Virus record (IMG/VR): IMGVR_UViG_3300011116_000260
Coordinates: 13-64,012 of that record
From: a virus
Lineage: Duplodnaviria; Caudoviricetes
Length of the DNA stretch: 64,000 bases
Reading direction: 5' to 3' (one strand)
Below the pieces are notes generated by a model. It was not told the DNA's origin, made no database searches, and saw nothing but the letters and a program-made list of their open reading frames with translations. Position 1 is the stretch's first letter, and every line of letters starts with the position of its first letter. Below are positions 29,450 through 40,393 of this stretch, piece by piece. Made by a program: the position numbers and the translations under genes.

Positions 29450-31041
29450 GGTTGAATTCCTAATTGTTGTGCCATTGCAGCAATACCTTGTCCACCATTT
29501 TGTTGTAGATCTTGTTGTGCTGCTTGTGCTGCTGTATTAATAACACCATTAGAAACAGCTTGCCCTGCTTGTTGTTGAATAGCTTGCTGTTGCATAGCTG
29601 CTTTTTCTTGAGCAATTTGTTCTTCGTTCTTAACCCACATTCTTGGATCAAAACCAAGAGAGGAAATTAAAGCCTTTGAATAAGCATCCCATCTAAATGT
29701 TTGTAGAGCTTCTGGTGGTAGGTTTCTAACCATATCACCCATTTGCATTAATTTTTGTAAATCAGAATCTCTTGATAAAGCTTGTAAACCAGTTACAATT
29801 TCTACATTAAGAGTTCCATCTTTTTCAAAGAACTGTTCATTCATTCTTTCATCCATGTCGCCATTTGAAAGCATTACAAAGACTGTTCTTTTTACAATTG
29901 GTTCCATAAGATCTCTGGCAATAGCAGAGAAGGCTCCACCAAGGACTGTTTCTAGTTCAGATCCAATCATTCGTACTGCTGTTGCAGTTACACGATCACC
30001 AGTAGGAATGGCTCCACGGGTCATTAGGAAGGCTTCAGCAACCTCTGTACGCATCTCTTGAACCGCTGCTTGTGTAGATGCAATCTGTGGATTTAGTGTA
30101 TTGGAGGGGCTAATACAGAATACATCTGCTTGTCTTGCTGGAACAAATGAACCATTGCTGGATGAAGAAATATCATCAATTTCAGTTAGACCACTAGGAT
30201 CTACTCCAATCCAGAATGTAGAACCAGCAGCCATACCTTCAATGTGTGCTTGTGTATAGTTTTCTAAACTAATAAGATCACCTAGAATATCTTCGCAATG
30301 GGATCTACCATAGTTTTCACCAACAATACCATACCACCTTAATGGAATAATTGGTATAATTATATAATCACCAGTAGAAAATACTTCTCCGTTTTCATCT
30401 TCTTTTCTACCAACCCATGTTTTTTCGTCTTCATCTAAAGTATATTGACAATATAATGTCTTATAACCTTTTCTAGTTTCAAGATTTCCACCATTAGATT
30501 GTTCAATATATTCTTCAACTGGATCAATAGGAACATACTCAAGATAAATAACTTCAATTACTTTACCATGAACATTTCGTTGTACTACATATTGATCAAT
30601 TCTTAAGTTTCTAAATGAAAAATCATCATCCATTACAACCATTACATCTCCTACAATTATAAGATGCTGTAATGCTTGGAATATAGTATCTCTTAAATTA
30701 TTAGATACAATTTTATTATAGACTTGAAAACTAAGAGTTTCAAGATATGATTTAATTTCGGTTGTTGGTTCTGCTCCATTTTTTAAACCAAACTTAAAGA
30801 ATGGAGAATCGTTTAATGGCATAAGGGCAGATAACATTCTGCTTGCCATTGCTGTTACACCACGACTTGCTATAGATGAGTATGGTTGTGGAAGATTTGC
30901 ATCTTCAGCCCATCCTCTTGGTGGCAGAACAGAAGGAATAGTTAAGCTAGCACACTTTCTAGCAATGTCGATTCGATACTGTCTTCTGCCATCTAGTGTT
31001 CTAAAGCGTTCAGCTAATGTTTGTTCTGCCATGTTTATCAC
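29446..31041 (-). CDS. Portal / head-tail connector (T7 gp8-like)
   Basis: LTIPSVLP, SIASRGVTAMASRMLSALMP, GENYGRS, RVTATAVR, ELETVLGG. Confidence 0.96.
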   Translation of the reverse strand: MINMAEQTLAERFRTLDGRRQYRIDIARKCASLTIPSVLPPRGWAEDANLPQPYSSIASRGVTAMASRMLSALMPLNDSPFFKFGLKNGAEPTTEIKSYLETLSFQVYNKIVSNNLRDTIFQALQHLIIVGDVMVVMDDDFSFRNLRIDQYVVQRNVHGKVIEVIYLEYVPIDPVEEYIEQSNGGNLETRKGYKTLYCQYTLDEDEKTWVGRKEDENGEVFSTGDYIIIPIIPLRWYGIVGENYGRSHCEDILGDLISLENYTQAHIEGMAAGSTFWIGVDPSGLTEIDDISSSSNGSFVPARQADVFCISPSNTLNPQIASTQAAVQEMRTEVAEAFLMTRGAIPTGDRVTATAVRMIGSELETVLGGAFSAIARDLMEPIVKRTVFVMLSNGDMDERMNEQFFEKDGTLNVEIVTGLQALSRDSDLQKLMQMGDMVRNLPPEALQTFRWDAYSKALISSLGFDPRMWVKNEEQIAQEKAAMQQQAIQQQAGQAVSNGVINTAAQAAQQDLQQNGGQGIAAMAQQLGIQP

Positions 31042-31044
31042 CTA

Positions 31045-31386
31045 TTAACCTTGTGGTTTTTGTAAATAAGCTTCAAGACCTTGGTATAATGAACCATATG
31101 TATCTTGAAGTTTCTTAACTTCATCACCGCTTAAGCCCATATCTTTTGCTTTAACTTCGCTAGCTACTTCGCTTTCTGCTGCCTGTTGTTGTTCAACAGA
31201 AAGTCTTTCAGCATCTTTCATAGCTTGAAGTTGCGCTTGTTCGTTTTCTTTTCGAAGTTTTTCATATTCTAAAAGATTCTTTTGTCTTGTTGCTTCTGCT
31301 TCTTTAGCAATATCAGCTTGCTTTGTAAGCATAGCGTCGTATTCTGAAGCAGACATACCGCCCTGAATTGAAGGTGCTCCACCCAT
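31045..31386 (-). CDS. Small virion protein upstream of portal (gp7.3-like position)
   Basis: MGGAPS start, Ala/Gln/Glu-rich coiled coil; position only. Confidence 0.5.
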   Translation of the reverse strand: MGGAPSIQGGMSASEYDAMLTKQADIAKEAEATRQKNLLEYEKLRKENEQAQLQAMKDAERLSVEQQQAAESEVASEVKAKDMGLSGDEVKKLQDTYGSLYQGLEAYLQKPQG

Positions 31387-31396
31387 TTGTATCTCC

Positions 31397-32809
31397 TTAT
31401 GCTGGTCTTGAAATAAATGTTGCTCTTGGTGTTGAAGTACCAGAGAACGATGTTGTTCTATTTAATTGTTTATTTAATAAATCTCTTCTAATTTGTTGTG
31501 CATCTAAATCACTAAGTGAGTGTTGAGCACCTGAAACAGTTGTTTTACTTTTAATAGTATTAAGAATTGCATCAAGACCACTGAGAGTAGAAGCCTTAGT
31601 TTTATTCATTGTATCCCAATTAATCTTGGCTGATTGAATTGCTTTTTCAAGTTCATTATAAGCAGAAGAATAAGAGTTATAAACAAGCTGTCCCATTTTT
31701 TTAGCTGTGTCTACATAACCAGATTTAACATTATTAAAACCAACAGTTTGCTGCGCACCATAATAAGCTTGATTTAATTTTGCTGTATTGGTGTATTCAT
31801 CAAGATTACTAAACATTGATTGTTCTTGAGCTTTTGCATCAGCAACTAATGCTTTATAACCAGATAAATCTACTATAGATAAATATGGATTTTTTAAATT
31901 TGATTGTAAAAGAATATCTTCTTTTGTTTTTAAATCATTTAATTTTGTCAAAAAAGAATCTTCTACATCACCTTCTTTTACTTTTAAACCAGATAAAAAA
32001 TTTGATTTATATCGTGCCTGTTCTATACGAACAGGATCTAGTGTATAAGATACAGCATTCTTTTTTTGAGTAGTATTTATAAAATTTGAATCAGTTAAAC
32101 CATTATTATATTTAGTGTTTAAATAACTTAATGTAGCAGGAATTCCAGCTTTATTTATTTGTTCTTGATTAATTCCAATATATTTTGATTGTCCTATTCT
32201 ATTAGGATTAATCTCAGTAAAGAAAGCACTTTTTAACTCACCACTGTTTATTTGTTTTACTAACTCAAGTTCTTGGCTTGTAAAGACATTTTCTTTTTTT
32301 CTTGTGGTTTGATTATAATATGTTGGGTTTTTTATTAACTTATTAAATTGATCTTCAGTTATTGATACTGGTTTTTGAGTTAAATTATTTTGCCATTCTA
32401 TTTGTGCTAAACCAGCTAACCCTGCTTTTTCAAGTAAGCCGCCTTTATATAATAAAGTATCAAGATTAGATGCTTGTTGAATATTAAAGTTTGCTTTGTC
32501 TACAAGATCTTCTTTAAACATTTTATTACCAGAAGATATATCTTGCATTGATGCAACTAATTTATCAGTTATAGTTGGATTTATAGCAGTAGCTTGTTGT
32601 TGTAGTACTCTTAATTGAGCAACTTCTTTACCAGTAAACTTTTGTTTTGGTTGAGTGCTCGTTTGTTTATAACCACCAGAATATTCTGATTCAGAAATAG
32701 CACTAGATCTTTTTGTTGCTGCAAATTTTTCAAGGTTAGATGCCCTGTTCTGTGATATATCAGAAGCTCTTTTCATAATATCGGTTAAATAGGATGAGAA
32801 ATTAGACAT
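31397..32809 (-). CDS. Hypothetical protein (470 aa), possibly virion-associated
   Basis: Long AT-rich ORF with no recognisable motif. Confidence 0.7.
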   Translation of the reverse strand: MSNFSSYLTDIMKRASDISQNRASNLEKFAATKRSSAISESEYSGGYKQTSTQPKQKFTGKEVAQLRVLQQQATAINPTITDKLVASMQDISSGNKMFKEDLVDKANFNIQQASNLDTLLYKGGLLEKAGLAGLAQIEWQNNLTQKPVSITEDQFNKLIKNPTYYNQTTRKKENVFTSQELELVKQINSGELKSAFFTEINPNRIGQSKYIGINQEQINKAGIPATLSYLNTKYNNGLTDSNFINTTQKKNAVSYTLDPVRIEQARYKSNFLSGLKVKEGDVEDSFLTKLNDLKTKEDILLQSNLKNPYLSIVDLSGYKALVADAKAQEQSMFSNLDEYTNTAKLNQAYYGAQQTVGFNNVKSGYVDTAKKMGQLVYNSYSSAYNELEKAIQSAKINWDTMNKTKASTLSGLDAILNTIKSKTTVSGAQHSLSDLDAQQIRRDLLNKQLNRTTSFSGTSTPRATFISRPA

Positions 32810-32996
32810 TTAATCTTTCCTTTTTTTGTTGTTCAAACATACTTTTTATTTTAGCAACAACATCTAATTGTCCAGCAACAAATGCAGACTCTCTTGTAAA
32901 ATCTTCACTGCTTAAAGATTGATCGTAAGCTAAAGGACGATACATCTTTTCCAGAATTTTTATCAGTTCCTCGTCTATCCTCGGGTACTTGTTCAT
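32802..32996 (-). CDS. Small conserved podophage protein (gp6.5-like position)
   Basis: PRIDEELIKILEKMY...AGQLDVV pattern. Confidence 0.55.
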   Translation of the reverse strand: MNKYPRIDEELIKILEKMYRPLAYDQSLSSEDFTRESAFVAGQLDVVAKIKSMFEQQKKERLNV

Positions 32997-33156
32997 TTAT
33001 TTTATCCATTTTTTCTGGTGTTACTTTAATAGCGTTAATTTTATTTTCAAGTTCTTCAGTTTTTTCTAATAGAGATTTAATAACTAGAACTAATTCTGAT
33101 GTTGAAATTGTTGCACCTAGTTTTAATCTTGTTGACATTTGTTCTTTTGAATACAT
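32905..33156 (-). CDS. Hypothetical coiled-coil protein
   Basis: AAGGAA RBS upstream; its C-terminus overlaps the next gene. Confidence 0.5.
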   Translation of the reverse strand: MYSKEQMSTRLKLGATISTSELVLVIKSLLEKTEELENKINAIKVTPEKMDKINEQVPEDRRGTDKNSGKDVSSFSLRSIFKQ

Positions 33157-33165
33157 ATTATTTCC

Positions 33166-35049
33166 TTATGATAGATCTATAATTTCGCAAGCTCCAGCTG
33201 TACAAGCCATAGCATGTGATGCTTTTGTTGAGTCTTCTTTTTCATAGTTCTGTAGTAATGACCAATCAACCTCAATCTTTGGAGTCATGTTATAAGTTCT
33301 TGCATCAATTTCTTCAAATGGTGCTTGGGCATAAACATGATCTGATTTTGGTAAGAAGGAAATACCAGAAATTTCATTAAAGTTTTCGTATACCCATTGT
33401 CCGATTGATAAGAACTCATCATCACCATATGATACGGTAATAGATGGTTTATGATGGCAATAGGATTGTTGGTATGTGTTCCATAATTCTAAGTGATCTA
33501 AAGCCTTTAGATTCTTTTGGGTAATAGAATCTGCTGGTGCTTTCTGAGCAAAGGTAAAGATTGTTGTTGAATCAGGATTTATAACACAATCTTCTGATTT
33601 AACACCAGAGTCCTTTAGAAAGGCACATATTGGGTCTTTCTTATCCATACGAACTCTTCTATAATAAAACTGTGCATATCTTGGATGAAGACCACTTGCT
33701 GAATCAGCTAGGCAACTTGTAGTTCCCTCTGGCTTAATACAAGTAATTGACTTACTTGGGTTAATACCAAGTTTTTCAGACCACTCTAGATTAATTTTTG
33801 TTGAGTGTTCTCTAAATGACTCAAGAGCATGGGCTAGTTTACCCATTCCTTTAGAACCATTCATAAGAGCATTATCAAAAATACCAGTCATTGAAACTCC
33901 AAGTAGTCTTTCTTCTTCACAATTTTTTTGCCAATCGCTGGAAAGATATGGGAAGTTTGTAAACATACTTTGAACTGTACCAATAATAGTAGCAATTTCA
34001 ATTTTCTTCTTAATAGAAAGAACATTATCTTCTGGCTTAAGTACAATAGTACTAAGATTGCAGAATTGATTTGGCCGTAGAATAATTTCTGAGCATGGAT
34101 TAGTACCGTACTCAACATTCTCATTTCGACCAGCTTTAACTGCAATGGCTCTCATAGCTTGTCTATTGCAAATACCACGCTCACCTGAATGGCTATTGTA
34201 CAACTCAGTCCACTCTTCTAGGAATTGACCTAGTGATGGACGGCTGTAATAGATGGCTGAATTATTTGCTAGTGCTCTGTGGCCACTAGATGCCCACCAA
34301 GATCCACTCTTACACTTAGCCATCTCTCTATCAGATAAGTCTGACAATGAGATCATGGCTGATCTACGAACACCACCTACAATTACTGACTGCGCAATCT
34401 TGCAGCAAATGTCGTGGCATTCTAGTGCTGTAAGAGATCTGCCTTGAGCAGTATAGAATGTCTGTGTGATGAATCTAAAGACTTCTTCAAGAGGACCGGG
34501 GCCACTAGCGCGACCACCAAAGGTCTTTAACTTAGCACCAGATGGTCTTACCTTACTGGTGTCCCACTTTGGGTGGATACCTTCATAAAGATTAGACATA
34601 AGATTAAATAGTGCATTGCACCAACCTTCTCTTGAGTCGCCTACTTCAACAATCTTATTAAAATTCTTTTCAATTTTTGCTGGTACTTGTCCTAGTTTGC
34701 TAGTACATCGTTGTTCTACAGAGTAGCCAACGCCAGTACCACACATAAGAATGTACATAAGATTACTGAATGATCTAATTGAATCTATTTCTAAATACGA
34801 GCAATTATATAGTGCTGTATGATCTTTATCAAGAGCTGGACCTGCGGTCATTAGACCACGCATACTGGGAAGTACTTCTAGATTTAGGATAGCTTCCTTA
34901 ATATCTGGCCGTTCTAGAAGGACAGATGCCTTGCTAGAAAAGTAGTTCCACCAACGGTCTACTGTTTCTTCCCAAGTTTCTCTACGACCTTCCGATTCAA
35001 TCCAACGACTATAACGACTTAGTGCAATAAAATTTTGAAATGTATTCAT
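33166..35049 (-). CDS. nrdJ: Class II (adenosylcobalamin-dependent) ribonucleotide reductase
   Basis: SRYSRW...RETW, PSMR, YNCSY, GGRASGP, GGVRRSA, TNPCSEI, CNL, KPEGT; no nrdB or activase in the genome. Confidence 0.93.
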   Translation of the reverse strand: MNTFQNFIALSRYSRWIESEGRRETWEETVDRWWNYFSSKASVLLERPDIKEAILNLEVLPSMRGLMTAGPALDKDHTALYNCSYLEIDSIRSFSNLMYILMCGTGVGYSVEQRCTSKLGQVPAKIEKNFNKIVEVGDSREGWCNALFNLMSNLYEGIHPKWDTSKVRPSGAKLKTFGGRASGPGPLEEVFRFITQTFYTAQGRSLTALECHDICCKIAQSVIVGGVRRSAMISLSDLSDREMAKCKSGSWWASSGHRALANNSAIYYSRPSLGQFLEEWTELYNSHSGERGICNRQAMRAIAVKAGRNENVEYGTNPCSEIILRPNQFCNLSTIVLKPEDNVLSIKKKIEIATIIGTVQSMFTNFPYLSSDWQKNCEEERLLGVSMTGIFDNALMNGSKGMGKLAHALESFREHSTKINLEWSEKLGINPSKSITCIKPEGTTSCLADSASGLHPRYAQFYYRRVRMDKKDPICAFLKDSGVKSEDCVINPDSTTIFTFAQKAPADSITQKNLKALDHLELWNTYQQSYCHHKPSITVSYGDDEFLSIGQWVYENFNEISGISFLPKSDHVYAQAPFEEIDARTYNMTPKIEVDWSLLQNYEKEDSTKASHAMACTAGACEIIDLS

Positions 35050-35663
35050 TATTTAACTCCAGTTGATCCAAAACCACTAGTATTTCGTTTTGTATTTGAT
35101 AGGTTTTTTGAAAAAGTTAATTCAGGTGTAAAACAATCAATAATTAATAATTGAGCAATTCTATCACCATTGCCTATTGATGCTCGTTTTGTTAACGATA
35201 CATTTCTAAGTGGAACTAAAATTTCACCTCTATAGTCTGAATCAATTAAACCAACACCATTTGCTAGTGTTAATGTTGTGGTTGATGATAAACCAGAACG
35301 AATAAATAATAAACCACATTTACCTTTTGGTATTTCAATATGTAAACTAGTTGGAACTAAATGTACTTCTCCAGCTCTAAAAATTAGACGAGTTTCTTGT
35401 AATACTGCTTTTAGATCATAAGCAGCAGCCTCATCTGATTTTTTTTCAGGAAGATATTTACATTGTATTTTAATTTTATTAGGATCATCAATTTCGTCAA
35501 TTGGTAATTGATTTTCTGTTTTAATTATCTTTAATTCAGCAGAAATCATTGATCTATTATTTAGTATTGTTTGTTCTACTTCTGTTTTTTTATTCTTTTT
35601 TGTAAGAATAATCCATAAATTATGTGGTAGATAAATAGTCCACTTTAGTATAGAATTTAGCAT
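35049..35663 (-). CDS. dut: Trimeric dUTPase
   Basis: AAYDL, RSGL, GLIDSDYRGEI, GDRIAQL, RNTSGFGSTG. Confidence 0.95.
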   Translation of the reverse strand: MLNSILKWTIYLPHNLWIILTKKNKKTEVEQTILNNRSMISAELKIIKTENQLPIDEIDDPNKIKIQCKYLPEKKSDEAAAYDLKAVLQETRLIFRAGEVHLVPTSLHIEIPKGKCGLLFIRSGLSSTTTLTLANGVGLIDSDYRGEILVPLRNVSLTKRASIGNGDRIAQLLIIDCFTPELTFSKNLSNTKRNTSGFGSTGVK

Positions 35664-35683
35664 TTATAACCTCTTTCTGAAAA

Positions 35684-35700
35684 TATCTATTAGCTCCAAC
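35684..35700 (-). promoter_or_regulatory. Copy of repeated GTTGGRGCTA motif (candidate phage promoter)
   Basis: Minus strand GTTGGAGCTAATAGATA overlapping the exonuclease stop, upstream of dut. Confidence 0.4.
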
Positions 35701-36445
35701 AATTGGGAGTCCATAGATTAACTTGTTTATCAATCTGTTTTGATGTTATTTTCTTTATAGAAACATCATTATATCTTAATATTCTTACACATCTTGCCAT
35801 AGCAATACAATAATCATAAGTATATCTATTTTTGTTTCTATCTAAAGATTGCTCGTAAGTTGCTAAAACAGCCTGAGTTCTGTTAGAAATAGAAACATTA
35901 TCTATTATCTTAGTTGCTTTGGCTGGACCCATTTTCCATATACCCGGAATGTTATCGGTCGTATCTCCAGTTAGCCATTGTAGGTGGAAGTTTCTATCAG
36001 CATCTTCCTCAGACACTAGGACAGGCTCTGCTTCCTTGTCTGGGTTCCAATGCCATCCCGGTACACTACGGAGATCCTTGTCGATTGTAACGGCTATACA
36101 GCTTCTAGACGGGCTAGATGCCGCAATGCCCATAAAGTCATCTGCTTCAATCTGGCTTCCAACTACAAACTTATTACATATACTCTTAACAATTTGCTCT
36201 ACTTCTAGTCTACAATCTGGAGCGTGGCTTCCAGTATCTCTATGTGCTTTGTATAGTTCCCATACCTTTCGTCTAAAGTTTTTAGATCGTGGGCATGAAA
36301 AGGCTAGTAGAACTTCTGTTACATTTGGTGGAGTCCAAGAAGATATTGCGTGTTCGGCCCACAATTCAATGTCTTCTAATCCTTCTGCTTCTGCTCTAAA
36401 AGCCAATCTATAGGCTATAATATCGCCATCTAAAATTGCTTTCAT
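35690..36445 (-). CDS. 5'-3' exonuclease (T7 gp6-like)
   Basis: ILDGDIIAY, NFRR...YKAHR, EADD, DKDL, GDTTDNIPG. Confidence 0.93.
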   Translation of the reverse strand: MKAILDGDIIAYRLAFRAEAEGLEDIELWAEHAISSWTPPNVTEVLLAFSCPRSKNFRRKVWELYKAHRDTGSHAPDCRLEVEQIVKSICNKFVVGSQIEADDFMGIAASSPSRSCIAVTIDKDLRSVPGWHWNPDKEAEPVLVSEEDADRNFHLQWLTGDTTDNIPGIWKMGPAKATKIIDNVSISNRTQAVLATYEQSLDRNKNRYTYDYCIAMARCVRILRYNDVSIKKITSKQIDKQVNLWTPNCWS

Positions 36446-37173
36446 TGTTTACCTTCTTCTTCTTCTAAAGCTTTATCCAATAAATCCATTAATTCTTGGA
36501 TTACTTTTTCTTGATCTGGCTCTCTACCTTCTCTATTTGCCTTACATAGTTCACAATCACAAGCAGAACGACTAATATCAGCAATTAGATTTAACCACAT
36601 TGGAATATTCTTTACACAGTGCTTTTTAAATACATCAAGTGTACTATCATTTGTGATCTTGTATTGAAACACATCGTTATAGTTCTTATCGTTATTTTCA
36701 ATATTATTAGCCATCTCTTCGCTTGGGTGACTACGCCACTCAGCCTGATCATCTATAAGCTTTCTTTTACCCTGCTTAATAAAGATTGTTGTAGCACCAT
36801 ATTCTCTAGCCTTGGCTACTTCATTCATATAACGACAATCATCTACAATAACTACACGCTCTTTCCATAGTTCATCTGTTTCAAGAAGTGTTTTTTCTTC
36901 TCGCTTAATAGCTTCTACGGCAGCAGTCCATTCATTTACCCAATGGTCTGGGTTTTTAATTCTCATAGATTCGCCAAGAGTTTGGCAAAACTTTCTATAT
37001 TCTTCTGAGTTCTTATCCTTAGATAGTCCTTTACTTTCAGCGGCTTTCTTAAGACCATAAGCAAATGGAACCATCTTAGGTGTAAGGTTATTATTTAGAC
37101 AATACTCAGCTACAATATTAGCTAGTGTGGTCTTTCCAACTCTTGCCTTACCGCCAATCATTACTATGATCAT
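36442..37173 (-). CDS. Deoxynucleoside monophosphate kinase
   Basis: GKARVGKTT P-loop, FAYGLK, RKFCQTLGE, VDDCRYMNE, HPSE. Confidence 0.85.
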   Translation of the reverse strand: MIIVMIGGKARVGKTTLANIVAEYCLNNNLTPKMVPFAYGLKKAAESKGLSKDKNSEEYRKFCQTLGESMRIKNPDHWVNEWTAAVEAIKREEKTLLETDELWKERVVIVDDCRYMNEVAKAREYGATTIFIKQGKRKLIDDQAEWRSHPSEEMANNIENNDKNYNDVFQYKITNDSTLDVFKKHCVKNIPMWLNLIADISRSACDCELCKANREGREPDQEKVIQELMDLLDKALEEEEGKQ

Positions 37174-37621
37174 GTTGTACCTCCTCTAGTAAAAGACTAG
37201 GAATGTTTCTATTTTTTAGTTTATAACCAAGATTACTATTTAACCAATCAACTGCCAGTGTACCACAATGATGTGGTCTATATTTAATAAATCTACCAAA
37301 GAAAAACCAAAAGATTAGTTTATACCAAGTACTAACTTTATGCGTTTCAGTTATTTTTTTAACTTCTTCTAAACAAGTATCATAACTTCCCATATACTTT
37401 TTATATATAAGAACTGCTCCTTTTTTCTCAAGAATATAGGTTGTTAGTAATCTACACCTATCTCCATCCATAACCATAGGAGTTAAACTTGCAAATGGTA
37501 AATCAAAAATTAAAGCAACATGTGTTACTTTAGACCTTGTTAATAGTTTTATTAAAGTACTTCTAATCCAACCCAAACCAGAAGTGTTATCATAAAATGC
37601 TAAATATATATCTGCTTTCAT
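37148..37621 (-). CDS. Permuted papain-like (NlpC/P60, YiiX-type) protein
   Basis: IKLLTRSKVTHVAL (His) precedes HCGTLA (Cys), the circularly permuted catalytic order. Confidence 0.6.
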   Translation of the reverse strand: MKADIYLAFYDNTSGLGWIRSTLIKLLTRSKVTHVALIFDLPFASLTPMVMDGDRCRLLTTYILEKKGAVLIYKKYMGSYDTCLEEVKKITETHKVSTWYKLIFWFFFGRFIKYRPHHCGTLAVDWLNSNLGYKLKNRNIPSLLLEEVQHDHSNDWR

Positions 37622-39318
37622 TAATGTGTTTCACTCCAGTTAGAGCCAATAGAATAGTTTGCATCAATCCGTATCTTAAGACCCAACTTTTCGCCAGCCT
37701 CTGTAGCAGCTAGAGTTACAATCTTTCCTACTTCATCAGCAATACTCTTATTACATGAGTATTGTAGTTCATCGTGGACATAAGCAACTTGGTAAACTTG
37801 ATTACCAAACTTTTTCTTTAAATTAACATAAGCAATACACATCCACAGTTTACTTACAATTGCTCCGCTACCCTGAAGTAATGTATTAAGTGCAGCATGT
37901 TCTGATCTTACTGGAACAGTACGACCATCTGGTAATTGAACACCCTTAGTCTTTGCTACAGAAAACTTTACTTCTTGCTGTACTTTGTCTAGAGCAGGAA
38001 TTTCTTTTTGAAACTTAGATCTAATCTGACTACCAGCATTTCTATTACCACCAATAATCTTGCCTAGTTTCTCATCTCCAGCACCATAGCAATAAGCATA
38101 GATAAAAGTTTTGGCAGCATCTCTGTTAGGAAGACCTGCTGCTTTCTGATTATAGGTGTGAATATCATCATTTAAGATCTTATCACCATACTTACCATTG
38201 TCATACTTTGCCATAAAATGAGATAGCATTCTTAATTCAAGACCTTGCAAATCAGCACCAACTAATACATGATCAGACTTAACCGGGCAAAATAAAGCCC
38301 TAGCGCGGGGATCTTTGCTAACCTGTGCCATGTTAGGCTGGCTGTGGGTGCAACGCCCTGTAGCGGCTCCCTGTGCGTTTACAAGCCCGTGAATTCGTCC
38401 GTCCCTAGAGTGGTGTGATCGTGTATTCCAATCCTCTACTTGACCCATTAATTTAATACAATCAAAGTATTGAACTAGTTTCTTAGCTTCAGGAAAGTCA
38501 AGCTTTGACAAAACTGCTTCATCAACCTTTGGATTTCCTTTGTCTGTGAGGGGTGCTTCCCATCCATACTTTTCAAATAGCCTACTTGCAATTTGCTGAC
38601 GAGAACCGGGATTAAAAATTTCAATTTTATCCTTGAGGCGTTTATTTGTTTTTTCTGAATAACGAACAATAATCTTGTCTGGAAAGATTTGACGCATCTC
38701 GTCTTCAATCTTAGCCCTTTCAATTAAGAGTTCACCAATTAACTTATCACTAGCATTTGAATTAAAGCCAATACCAGAAGTAGTTTGCTCTGCAAGAATC
38801 TTTGATACAAGGTGCTCAAACTTAACTACACGCTCTGGAACCTTGCAGTGGATTTGTTGATAGCGAAAGATGTCTGCGGTAAGCATAACATCTTGTACAC
38901 AGTAAGTTAACATCTCTTCTGAGAATGTTTCCCATCCACCCTGATAATCAATCTTATCATTCTTGAGGAACTTACCCCAAGACTGAAGAGAGTTATCACC
39001 AAGTGGGTGGTCGTTAATATCTGGATACATTAACTTTGATATAATAAGAGTATCGTGATACTTAGTACACTTGAAGTCACCAACAATCTTACGAACAGCT
39101 GATATATCAAAGAAAATATTATGGCCGATTATAATTGTTGCTTTATCTAAAAGACTTAGTAGGGCCGTAATATTATCTTTAGTAAACTTATAAGTAGTAC
39201 CTGAATCAAGGTCATGTGCTACGGCACAATGAATAGTGTCAGCTTCTTTGATGATCTTATTACCATCAAGAGAAATCTCATTCAAACCATTTGCCTCAAC
39301 ATCAAGCACTAGTCTCAT
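37621..39318 (-). CDS. polA: Family A DNA polymerase (T7 gp5-like) with 3'-5' exonuclease
   Basis: LDVEANG, GHNIFFD, YCVQDV exonuclease motifs; DLQGLELR (A), AKTFIYAYCYG (B, Tyr at the 762-equivalent position), VHDE (C). Confidence 0.96.
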   Translation of the reverse strand: MRLVLDVEANGLNEISLDGNKIIKEADTIHCAVAHDLDSGTTYKFTKDNITALLSLLDKATIIIGHNIFFDISAVRKIVGDFKCTKYHDTLIISKLMYPDINDHPLGDNSLQSWGKFLKNDKIDYQGGWETFSEEMLTYCVQDVMLTADIFRYQQIHCKVPERVVKFEHLVSKILAEQTTSGIGFNSNASDKLIGELLIERAKIEDEMRQIFPDKIIVRYSEKTNKRLKDKIEIFNPGSRQQIASRLFEKYGWEAPLTDKGNPKVDEAVLSKLDFPEAKKLVQYFDCIKLMGQVEDWNTRSHHSRDGRIHGLVNAQGAATGRCTHSQPNMAQVSKDPRARALFCPVKSDHVLVGADLQGLELRMLSHFMAKYDNGKYGDKILNDDIHTYNQKAAGLPNRDAAKTFIYAYCYGAGDEKLGKIIGGNRNAGSQIRSKFQKEIPALDKVQQEVKFSVAKTKGVQLPDGRTVPVRSEHAALNTLLQGSGAIVSKLWMCIAYVNLKKKFGNQVYQVAYVHDELQYSCNKSIADEVGKIVTLAATEAGEKLGLKIRIDANYSIGSNWSETH

Positions 39319-39328
39319 AGTATACTCC

Positions 39329-40393
39329 TTATTCAAAGAAATCGTTAAGTTGTCTATTTACTCTTACGAATGTAGTTCTCTTTGGTAGATCCTTTAATTT
39401 ATCTGCTCCAACATAAGTACAGGCAGAACGAACACCACCAAGAATTGATTGCATAGTTTCTGAAACTGGACCAGTATATGGAACATTAACAGTCTTACCT
39501 TCAGATGCTCTGTAAGTTGCTACACCACCAGAATATTTACCCATAGCAGTATCTGATGACATACCATAGAACTGCTTAGAAACTGGATATTCTGCACCAT
39601 GCACATTTGCAGTTATGGTTTCTCCACCAGCTTCAGCACAACCAGCAAACATACCACCAACCATAACAAAATCTGCACCTGCTCCAAATGCCTTGGCAAC
39701 ATCTCCCGGACAAGTGCAACCACCATCCGATAGAACATAGCCATTGAGTCCGTGTGCGGCATCAGCACATTCCATGATACATGACAGTTGCGGATAGCCA
39801 ACACCAGCAACCTTGCGAGTAGTACATACAGAACCGGGACCAATACCAATCTTAATGATATTAGCCCCAGCTAGTAGTAAAGCCTCAGTCATTTCACGGG
39901 ATACAACATTACCAGCAATAATTGCTTGATTAGGAAATAGACCTCTTACTGTTGAGACATACTTAACAAACTTTTCTGTATATCCATTAGCAACATCAAT
40001 ACAGATAAATCTAATACTTGGATAAAGATTAATAATTTGTTGTGCTTTGTCAATCTCAGCAAAGTTATCCTTCCCCATGCCCATAGTATAGATAATATTA
40101 TTAGATAGATTACCAGCAAGAACATTAGCTTCCTTCCATTCATTTACAGTATAATATTTATGTAGTGCCGTTAGTGCATTAAAACTAGCTAGTTCTTGAG
40201 CAACATCCCAATTACCAACAGTATCCATATTACTGGCTACAATTGGAGTACCAGACCACTGCATAAGACCATTAGGTAAACTAAACTTAAAAGTTCTAGT
40301 CATTGATACTTCGCTTCGACTATTGAGAGTTGATCTCTTTGGTCGAATAAGTACATCTCTAAAATCAAGCTTGATATCTTCTTCTACTTTCAT
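39329..40393 (-). CDS. guaC: GMP reductase
   Basis: [74 protein letters not shown] match type-1 GMP reductase. Confidence 0.93.
   Translation of the reverse strand: MKVEEDIKLDFRDVLIRPKRSTLNSRSEVSMTRTFKFSLPNGLMQWSGTPIVASNMDTVGNWDVAQELASFNALTALHKYYTVNEWKEANVLAGNLSNNIIYTMGMGKDNFAEIDKAQQIINLYPSIRFICIDVANGYTEKFVKYVSTVRGLFPNQAIIAGNVVSREMTEALLLAGANIIKIGIGPGSVCTTRKVAGVGYPQLSCIMECADAAHGLNGYVLSDGGCTCPGDVAKAFGAGADFVMVGGMFAGCAEAGGETITANVHGAEYPVSKQFYGMSSDTAMGKYSGGVATYRASEGKTVNVPYTGPVSETMQSILGGVRSACTYVGADKLKDLPKRTTFVRVNRQLNDFFE

Noticed and set aside
39855-39872. Fifth copy of the promoter-like motif (CTGGGGCTAATATC)
   Set aside because: It lies within guaC, encoding the conserved AGANII, and mismatches the GTTGG core.
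39329-40393. IMP dehydrogenase (guaB)
   Set aside because: No CBS domains, and the motifs [31 protein letters not shown] and RSACTY are GMP reductase-type.
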